Assembly (NCBI GenBank): GCA_051362555.1
Contig: CM120645.1
Span: 868,001-932,000, forward strand
Direction of reading: 5' to 3'
Source: Lingula anatina
Lineage: Eukaryota > Animalia > Brachiopoda
Length of the DNA: 64,000 bases
Below are positions 57,786 to 64,000 of the stretch, one piece after another. Position 1 is the stretch's first letter. Each line of letters starts with the position of its first letter. The notes beneath the pieces were generated by a model. The model did not search any database and was not told the origin of the DNA. It saw only the letters and a program-made list of their open reading frames with translations. The position numbers and the translations under genes were made by a program.

Positions 57786-58642
57786 CATTATATGCTTAAA
57801 CAGTACCTCAACACTATATACTTAGGCTTGCTATCCAACAAATTTTGTCTTTTTTTATTATTATCTTAACCTGTGTAATTTCTTACTTTCAACTTTTTGT
57901 TTTCCTGTGTTATTGTGCAGTCAAAATAAATCACTTTGTTACCCTCTATTTAAACAGTCCAAAACCCACAGTATGACAAATATGATTTGCGAGTTCTTAT
58001 TCTGGATAAAATTAGTCACTGCTATGCAAAACTGACAGCTTTCTTTTTTATTTTTTCCTTCTTTATTTTTCATTGTTTTGACAATGAAAACAAGACTGAC
58101 TGTAAAGAATGAAAGCATGAAATGAAACTTCCTGTTTCAAGTTGTTTTGAAAAGTTTTATGCATGGCAGATGCAACTTGCACTTTTAGTTTACTTCCTTT
58201 TCTTTTTTTTTCTCTTAAATTGTGAAAAAAAAACTGGGTCAAACTTTTCTATTTCCTGCTTGATGAATCATAAAATATTGTACTTGACCCTCTCTGACGC
58301 ATGAAAAAAAATCTACTTTGACTAGCACAGTCTTTTAAATCCAAATCTATGCTCCAGTCCGATTTGCTCTCAATATAAGACGGCTTCAACACTAATTTTT
58401 CTGACATGGAACAACAACCGATTTCTGTCAACAAAACAAGAGTCACCACAAACACAGGCAACATTGCCGGGTCTTTTTATCACGGGACTTTGACAGTTTC
58501 CGTTCTTACCTTGGTCGAAGTTCCCACACGTATTGATGTCTTTAAACATACTTTCCGTCTCTGACAGCACACCCCTGAGCCTGTGGGCGTTTTTCACGAA
58601 GTTGTGCACTTCGTGCGCCAAACTCTGTTGATGCACAGCCAT
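28955..58642 (-). CDS. DSTYK: Dual serine/threonine and tyrosine protein kinase (dusty kinase/RIPK5), about 933 aa, 13 exons
   Basis: Exons 58510-58642, 56122-56639, 53693-54350, 50728-50880, 49388-49473, 48709-48792, 47846-47943, 45407-45615, 44707-44863, 44316-44471, 43763-43853, 43250-43499, 28955-29163. All are GT-AG with consistent phases and total 2802 nt. DSTYK-typical motifs: [80 protein letters not shown]. Confidence 0.95.
30229..30443 (-). mobile_element. MITE family A copy (inverted)
   Basis: Interior is the reverse complement of the family A interior. TTA on both flanks. TIRs TTTCCATAGATT / AATCTATGGGAA. Confidence 0.8.
31802..32139. mobile_element. Kolobok-like MITE upstream of the secreted LRR coding exon
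   Basis: TTAA flanks (31798-31801, 32140-32143). TIR AGGGATAATAACTCTTCGT / ACGAAAAGTTATTATCCCT with 1 mismatch. Perfect 28-bp palindrome at 31944-31971. Confidence 0.75.
32342..33475 (+). CDS. secreted leucine-rich-repeat protein (signal peptide + LRRs + LRRCT; no TM or TIR), Toll-ectodomain-like
   Basis: 377-aa single-exon ORF with a hydrophobic signal peptide ([20 protein letters not shown]), repeated LxxLDLSxNxI units and an NPLHCDC...C..P...C cap followed by a stop. Acceptor tttctccccag ends at 32331, 10 nt before the ATG. Lies in DSTYK intron 12 on the opposite strand. Confidence 0.9.
   Translation: MKCSLLLLVIVCTLLSHTTGKPNPKCTYKPDGDNQLSIDVTCKNLDLPRGVQLREVLGEVDIAHLTVTHSNIQLLSADLFTKLATTLETLTIRHCADLTTIENNTFVEFGALKSLDLSKNNISITLDGEEFRSLKNSPLESIDLSGNAISLLPSQMFRGLNALENIDLSNSKISQIQDTVFDHLINLKSLDLSHNQIAQVGTNINGFPFSWNQRLQLLDLSYNKMAAVQVGISIQQSLTTLNLSHNEISSFNRKPFTVPPMLQPLQFMDNLKDLDLSHNNLTDLPLDIFYQPVNTLFVKDFGISSTSKVAVNLAGNPLHCDCGFYTFWEFLQSAECRLKFSFKNGVCDQPMGVKGVKAAAVDMTHCAPKTGQSVKVN
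34435..34677. mobile_element. diverged relative of MITE family A
   Basis: Shares ctaactccctggggagtctcac, its inverse gtgagactccccagggagtta, and gatcgatcta. A more decayed copy lies at about 10369-10545. Confidence 0.6.
34905..35068. mobile_element. probable hAT-like MITE
   Basis: CAGGGGCGGATT / AATCCACACCTG imperfect TIR; flanks TGATTA / TGATTG. Confidence 0.5.
40054..42765 (+). CDS. Toll-like receptor, multiple-cysteine-cluster (protostome Toll-type), 903 aa
   Basis: Single-exon ORF: signal peptide, LRRNT (CPAGCEC), LRR array, LRRCT (NPMHCDC...CHGP...CP), second N-cap and short LRR block, second LRRCT (NPWHCDC), TM helix [23 protein letters not shown], and a TIR domain ([14 protein letters not shown] loop, [13 protein letters not shown]). 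AATAAA at 42981. Lies in DSTYK intron 12 on the opposite strand. Confidence 0.95.
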   Translation: MSSIIPIAVIAVFLLLKIQSCAGVSHVSDNCPAGCECTGVEKTGWINQLSCAKLNIFNASIQDNRILQVDCRKSQNFHFFGDMFQPYVSTLVPLVSGLHLKFCSLRGIAPEALFSSLQTLILEAISDTELQDGILDELSQLNLEAVEIRRTRLQSLTRRLLRGLKQVKSLTVSGNPQLTSVQDHFLEGFYSLSSLSLTDNALVSITNHTLSGLRNLHILDLSWNRLRTIPGGIFRNLTSLTRVDLSHNFLSKIEDGTFEYRIDLLRLDLSHNLLAKVGDKEEHPFAWNQFLTYLDLSYNKYQRIQSGISYLQSLQYLDLSHNSISGLELGFQDSTSGMWVGNALENMPSLHTLKLSHNQMPSIDFAFFHRLVDLPPALEDFDPDFAIGPSKGHVLTIYIGNNPMHCDCLLYDFLSFIQKNSHANDNLRFYYENSLKCHGPPSLNGTDLAAVDAKNLVCPVSDGNTACSTIYRRYDDATITNCSWQGLIHMSQKIDQNTTILDVSNNYLETIPDMSETMYREVYLDNNSISTFPTSQVLPHNLTTLSLRYNSIQTISTRQTEKDLMLNDLYLGGNPWHCDCSAKGIKHWLLNNSNIIKDLDDITCVSGEPGTLGKSIKNVPDNNFGCPIEKADIAAIVGGLVGSFVVIIACMLLLYKCNLKVRIWLYYKFRFRFFSKSDKQDSDKIYDAFISYSSLDEKYVVQTLVPGLENQTPPFKVCVHYKHFIPGASIAESIVEAVENSKRTIMLLSQNFIHSEWCTYEFKTAHHQVLKDRSNHLIVVVLGDIPSDLDSDLKLYLSTNTYLRADDSWFWEKLLYAMPKLENGRERHGHGHNHEHCPASPGGTPDTPFITLQSSNSADITSSEQLLSTNQQQSSQSEGVSSCAESAPAITDLSSELREISPC
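43806..44029 (-). repeat. 81-bp tandem repeat x about 2.8 spanning the DSTYK exon 11 acceptor
   Basis: tgtggagaaacctcatcccttctac...ctgaaacaca starts at 43807, 43888 and 43969. Confidence 0.95.
45749..45969. mobile_element. MITE with about 19-bp TIR
   Basis: CCCCTTTACACTGGACGGC / GCCGTCCAGTGTAAAGGGG. A solitary right end of the same family lies at about 16810-16843. Confidence 0.75.
48123..48267. mobile_element. possible short Kolobok-like MITE
   Basis: TTAA|AGGT...ACCT|TTAG with a CpG-richer interior; TIR is very short. Confidence 0.3.
50048..50251. mobile_element. MITE family B copy (3-bp TSD, Harbinger-like)
   Basis: CAA on both flanks and long imperfect TIRs. Interior (caaatatggc..gcacttgacaatgg.attccca) is shared with 55676-55861. 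Confidence 0.75.
55676..55861. mobile_element. MITE family B copy
   Basis: aagttgatccgtggactaactagt ... agttagtccaaggatcaactt inverted arms; similar to 50048-50251. Confidence 0.7.
55926..56102. mobile_element. hAT-like MITE, 5-bp TSD
   Basis: TIR CAGGGCTTGA / TCAAGCCCTG with AATAT on both flanks; 19 bp from the edge of DSTYK exon 2. Confidence 0.75.
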
Positions 58643-58889
58643 TTCGTTTCCTTCTCTACATTGCCAGTGACCGAGAACCGGAAGTATCGGAAAAGAGCAG
58701 ACACCTCCGAGGCCACTTCCTAGAGATGTTGCGATTGGTTAATTTAGGGTAATATAAAATTACGCCCTTCAAATTGCACTTTGTGCAACAAATATGCTTA
58801 TTTGATAGAATTTCAAAATAATTTGAATAAAAATCGCCTTATCTTTTGTTAATTTCCTAGCATTCGTTTTCTTCTGAGAAAGAATGAAG
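58643..58889. promoter_or_regulatory. DSTYK promoter, probably bidirectional
   Basis: ETS/GABP-type ACCGGAAGT at 58677-58685, CACTTCC at 58714-58720, ATTGG at 58734-58738. A plus-strand donor AAG|GTATGT at 58889/58890 may end a non-coding first exon of the next gene. Confidence 0.5.
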
Positions 58890-59591
58890 GTATGTTGTAA
58901 ATATAGTTGTATTTTATTCCCGACTTTGATCTCCGTTACCTGCGTGTCTTGTGTCAATATCGTTAAGAGGAAGGAAGAAGATGGGAGCTTTTGCTGTTCA
59001 TTTAAATCTGTGCCATGGTATTGAGCAAAAATGTGAGTATGTGTGATGTAAAGTTTGAGAAAAGGTGATTGTGTAACAAGAAATTATATATGTAAGACGA
59101 AAAAGGATGCAATTTACCTTTGGCTGTCCGACACGTTTACTGTATATATCTCCCATTGTAGTTGTACCCATATCATCAACCCAAAAGTTCCACCTAAAAT
59201 GCGTTATGCAGCGGGATACAGGGCAATACACTAGCAAAAATTAATCCGGTTGCAAATAAACACAGGAAATTGTCATTCCCAAGGAAATAGGGTGGTATGA
59301 AAGCAGAATAATACTAGGTAATAAATATCATAGTTATTCAATTGATACAACTTAACAAATTGGTGCTATTTGTTTGTCGGGTCATCCACCATATTGCCAG
59401 GCAGAGCCACCCACCGACTTAGCAGACGACCCAGAAATAAGCAAGTCTTGCTGATTTATTCAGTTGCACAATGTCAATGTGCCATCCCCATGCACTGTGA
59501 GCAGAGACTCAGTGTATAGATCAACCCTGGCAAATTAGTGATGAACTATTCTATGTATTATGCTCATATTTAACTATTTATGTAATTATGA

Positions 59592-59960
59592 CAGACATGC
59601 TGAAAACTTTTCAGAGTGGCCAGACATTTGGACTGGCAGTAGTGAACAATTTGCCAGACCAAATGGATTTTTGTCGGACCGAAAATTACCCTATTCGTTT
59701 GAGACAGATACTACCAGTACGATTAGGTAGCTTACTTTGTTTGTGAATGTGATAGGTTTGAAATGGAAGGGAAAAAAACGCTTTGTGTTTTATGTAATTT
59801 TATTAGGGAAGTACATGTATGTCAAATGATGAGTCGTAATTTAAAAGTGTGGCTCTTAAAACTCTTGTCGGTCCTTTGGACCGACCACGTCCAATTTTTG
59901 ACTGGTCCAGACAAATTTTCCCGGTCATGACCGATCGGACAGACAGTTTCAGCATGTCTG
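59592..59960. mobile_element. hAT-like non-autonomous element, 6-bp TSD
   Basis: Perfect 14-bp TIR CAGACATGCTGAAA / TTTCAGCATGTCTG with TTATGA on both flanks; subterminal GGAC/CAGAC motifs. Confidence 0.8.
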
Positions 59961-60116
59961 TTATGATGTTCATATATATATATATATATATATATGTTTA
60001 TTTATTGATACATTGATATAGTTAGTTGTGATGTCCATGATTGTACCTTTTGCATGAGGTGTGTATCAATAAAGAATCTGAGTCTGTACTATTTGTCATA
60101 GTGGCACTAACTGTTT

Positions 60117-60253
60117 GGGGCGGTAGCATTAGTCCGAAGGTTCATTGGTCCGAATGTTCTCTATGGAACCTTTGGACCAATTAACCCTTGATTAAAAAAA
60201 AACGATGAAGATGTTACTATTTTTTGGACCAATGAACCTTTTGAGTCGCCCCA
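60117..60253. mobile_element. short inverted-repeat element
   Basis: GGGGCG...CGCCCC ends with internal AAGGTTCATTGGTCC / GGACCAATGAACCTT inverted arms; no clear TSD. Confidence 0.5.
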
Positions 60254-60765
60254 CCTGGTTACTACTAGTACTACCATCATTTAGACAGATGGTTCATCAG
60301 TTTTACTTTCTTTTTAACTAAGTAGCCCTCCACTGCTTTGGAAAGAAGTTGGTTTGATGTATATGCACATTTTTGACATTTATTAAAATTTTTTGGAAGG
60401 CAAAGATGCATTTATTTCTGACGTAAATCCAGATCATCCTGTAGATTTTTTAGTACTTTGTAGCACTTTCCAGCTCACCAGGCAGTTATGTTATGTACGA
60501 CACTTTAGAAAGTCAACATTTTGATTCAAATTACTGGAAATTTACCATTATACGTCATAGGCTTTATTTTAACTCAGGCAGATTCTTTATCTGCACAGAC
60601 CTTGTTCTTTAAGGTTCATAGCACAGTTGTTCAAATTTCAAATTGTATACTTAGGTAGATAAGAAAATGGGGTATTGGGATCGGGAATTCTTTTGTGCCT
60701 AAACTTCATATGTCCTTATCTTTCAGTAAACATATCATGAAGTGAAGAAGACAAAACCAGCAGCC

Positions 60766-63523
60766 ATGTTTTCCCTCAGGCGTGCGATAATACGAAACTT
60801 TGGGGGTAGGTTGAATTGAATAGAAAAAAACACACACTTCAGTGCTAACACAATTGATAGCCTAAAGCGGTTGAACTGAATTGTAAAAATAAGTGTAATA
60901 AGCTACAATTATGGTAAGAAATATAGTGTTCACTTAGTCCAAAGTTACTTCCTGATAACCTGTCTTTCAATGATTGTGACCAATGTATTATGTTCAACTA
61001 AAAAAAAGTCTATACAGGTATTTGTAATAAATGCTAAGATGTCTGACAGACACTGAAGCATGGACGTTATATTTTATTATATCGTTTCATATCATTTTGT
61101 ATCACATTATATTATATTATATTATATTATATTATATTATATTATATTATATTATATTATATTATATTATATTATATTATATTATATTATATTATATTAC
61201 GTTATATTCAGGATGGAAGTATTTTATCATGTGGATCGTGGCGCTCTCAGTGGCTATCTACCTCATTGACAGCTATTTGATGCCAAGCAGACCCGTCTCC
61301 AAGCTACTGAAAGGTAAGATGGCTTAATTGGTCATTATATGTATTTTTTTGTTTATTTATCTATATTTATTTTTATATGATTATTATGTTTTTAGATCAA
61401 ATAATTGTCTAGAAAATGACATTTAACCATGAAAGATTTGAATTTGAAAGCTCTTCTATTCTTTCCTAAATGCTTTGTGAATAATTACCTGCTGTGGAAG
61501 TGCTTTCTTTTGATTTATAGTGGATAAGGGTGTTGAATATACTGGAAAGTAGAAAAAGATAATGAAATTTTGAATTATTTCTTCTTTTTTTTATCAGACA
61601 ATGGAAGATATACTGTGTTTTTCTAAATTTCCAAAATCAGCATTAAGATATGTATATATTTGATAGTTATTCATTATGACTGGTAGTTTGCTTATACAAG
61701 AATGTTGAAGAGAGTTAGGATAATACCATGAAAAATATCAATAAATTGTCCCCAATGGGAGATGTTCATAGATTTTCTGTGTTTATGTGCAGCGTGAGTG
61801 ACAGGGTTGTTGACATATTTGATGCGTGCAGTGTTTGCCTCTTAGGAAAATTAGTTGCTGAACCGAAAGTTCAGCCATCTTGAGAAGTAGCTGGTCGAAT
61901 GTCTGCCGGGTGGGAAAACTTCTCAGCCCGTTCTGAAAGTTTTCAGCCCCAGGCAGACGGTCCAGCCTTAATTTCTAACACTGGATGCGTGTCACACACC
62001 TAACAATGCACTGAACTTGCTGTAGAAACATAGGAAGTAAAAGAGTAAACTTCAGTGTTAGGAGACTTCCACGGATTAATGCAGTTAATTTGATGACCCA
62101 AAAGGTTTTATAAATAAGGCTCTGCTTTCAGTCAAATTAGGTCATGAGTACTAGTACTAACTTTGTATGTAGAATCATTCCTTACTTGTAAATTCATTTG
62201 CAGAAAAATAAGTTTAAGAAAATACAAAAAAAAAAAGAAAAAAAATACCTAAGATGATCATTGTGGTATAAATATCGTAAAAGAAAATTTGTTACTTGAA
62301 AATTATGAAGTCTAATAATTACAAGTTTCATAGTCTATCTTAGCAGGTTGGAAGATAGGGATGTCTAAGACCCCATTTCCATAGATTTTAGATCGATCTA
62401 CCCCTGTGGGGAGTCTCACTAGATTACTGTCAGCTTAGCCGGCTTAAGCGTCTGTCCCGCCTACTGAAACATGTAAGGGGGTAATTAACTATGGTGCGTG
62501 CTCGGCTGACTGCAATTTAGCTTGAACCCCCAGGGAGTTAGGTCGATCTAAATCTTAATCTTTAGATCGATGTAAATCTCTGGGAAAACACCCTAACTGT
62601 TAAGAGACCAGGTTATTAGTAGCATGGGCTCTGGGTGGTGTAACAGACAGATAAGAATGTCTTTCTGTGGTGAGCTTATCATAATTAGATAAATATATAA
62701 TACTGTTAAACATATATATATATATAACACAGTTAGCAGTAGGTGAGACAACAAAGGGATTAGATTGTCCTACTTTGGTGAGGCAATCAGATCACGCTGT
62801 TTGTTGGGGTCATAAGTGGAAAGTTAAGCAGTTCCATCTTGAATGGAAATTGGCCTTTACAGCATGCAGTGACCTGTTCAGACAAATCTATTTTGGACTG
62901 AAATTAAGCCTTACCTACTGGTATGTATTAGAAGACTAAGTTAATTTGATCCTGGTCTGAATTCATACATACAGCTCAAAGACAGAAAGCCTACTGGCAA
63001 TATATACTGTGTACTGAATAGTTTGTAGTTTTTTGTTTTTTAGTTCTTGGCAAGTGTCTGATTAGTTTTGATTTACAAATGTTAGAAAAACAAAGTCCAC
63101 ATAATGGTATTTGAATAGGTTTCAAACATGCGAAATTAGAAAGTATTATTTTGCAGCTGTTTGACCTTTTTCACAAATCTTGTTGTCTCAGGAGACTCTC
63201 CTGGTTGTATTTTGAATACAGCTGGTAGATTCAATAAAAGACCAAGGGAACAAAAGTGAATTAATCAATAATGAATTTTGCTTAGTAAAAAATTCCCAGA
63301 AGTCCCATTTTGTCCAGTTCTTTAGAACAGCAACACTAGCAGAATTTGAGACGCTTCTTATTTTTCAGATGCTTCTTTTTCACTAACTATAAATCTCATG
63401 AGTTTTTGCTGCTTTTAATTTCAGATGCTTCCGCCACTCCTGGCACTGTGCATGTGTTGAAAACGGGGGCCGCCCCCTTACAAAGTGTCCCCACTGCTGT
63501 CCTTAAAGTAGACAAACCCAAAG
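60766..63523 (+). CDS. 5' exons of an unidentified probable type II membrane protein; continues beyond the window
   Basis: Exons 60766-60805 (G|GTAGGT), 61212-61313 (AAG|GTAAGA) and 63425 to about 63523 join in phase: MFSLRRAIIRNFGGWKYFIMWIVALSVAIYLIDSYLMPSRPVSKLLKDASATPGTVHVLKTGAAPLQSVPTAVLKVDKPK. This reads as a short basic tail, one hydrophobic helix and a P/T/S-rich stem. The end of the third exon is uncertain (possible GC donor). Confidence 0.55.
61104..61199. repeat. (ATATT)n pentanucleotide microsatellite
   Basis: Pure run ending just before the acceptor at 61211. Others: (TAA)n at 18077-18121 and 57721-57783, (AAAT)n at 50901-50952, poly-A at 26656-26697. Confidence 0.95.
61829..61983. 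mobile_element. hAT-like MITE, 8-bp TSD
   Basis: CAGTGTT / AACACTG termini with an exact GATGCGTG duplication; internal ctgaa...ttcagcc repeats. Confidence 0.8.
62369..62593 (+). mobile_element. MITE family A copy
   Basis: TAA target duplication (62366-62368, 62594-62596) and imperfect TIRs containing TAGATCGATCTA. Confidence 0.85.
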
Positions 63524-64000
63524 GCAAATATCACGTTTTATTGTCATGCATGTTCTCTTCTTTTTATCTGGGCTTATTTTAACAAACTATCATCAGAGGA
63601 TGTGCTGAAAATCGGTTTTATTTGCTACTTAATAGATTTAGATTCTATTTGAAATTTTTGAATAGAAACAGCAAATTTTATATATTTTGTAAAATAACAA
63701 CATGGGGCAATGCAGAAATCTTTTTTTTTTTTAATTATTAACATGCAAGTTGGGCATAAAAATATCATATATTTATATATTGTTAAAAGAAATATACAAA
63801 GATGTACTTGCTCAGTGATGTTTAGCATTGGCCTGTGATTTTACCATAAAAAAAGGAAATGAAATGATATAAAAAAGATGAATTATTTAAATGACGATTA
63901 GTATAAATACTGAATTAAATGTCAAAATAAGCTCAGGTTTTGCATTTTAATACAAATAACCTCTAATTTCTTCCAGCTCTGCTGTCTGTTATTGATCTAC

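Overview
AT-rich, intron-rich animal DNA. It is most likely from a marine invertebrate such as a lophotrochozoan; this is inferred from the protostome-type Toll and the repeat landscape. Exon models were read by hand from the sequence. From left to right: (1) the 5' part of an srGAP (F-BAR/RhoGAP) gene on the minus strand, with a 21-kb first intron holding several candidate alternative first exons; (2) a complete 4-exon FAM72 gene head-to-head with srGAP across a 435-bp bidirectional promoter carrying CRE, 2xCCAAT and CHR motifs; (3) a complete 13-exon DSTYK kinase gene on the minus strand (about 933 aa); (4) nested antisense in the 14-kb last intron of DSTYK, a multiple-cysteine-cluster Toll-like receptor (903 aa) and a secreted LRR-only paralog of its ectodomain (377 aa), each encoded by a single coding exon; (5) the start of a probable type II membrane protein gene divergent from DSTYK. 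There are many non-autonomous DNA transposons (Kolobok-like with TTAA, Harbinger-like with 3-bp TSDs, hAT-like with 5/6/8-bp TSDs) and two tandem arrays that multiply splice sites. The best candidates for novelty are the nested TLR plus soluble TLR-ectodomain pair and the invertebrate srGAP-FAM72-DSTYK linkage.
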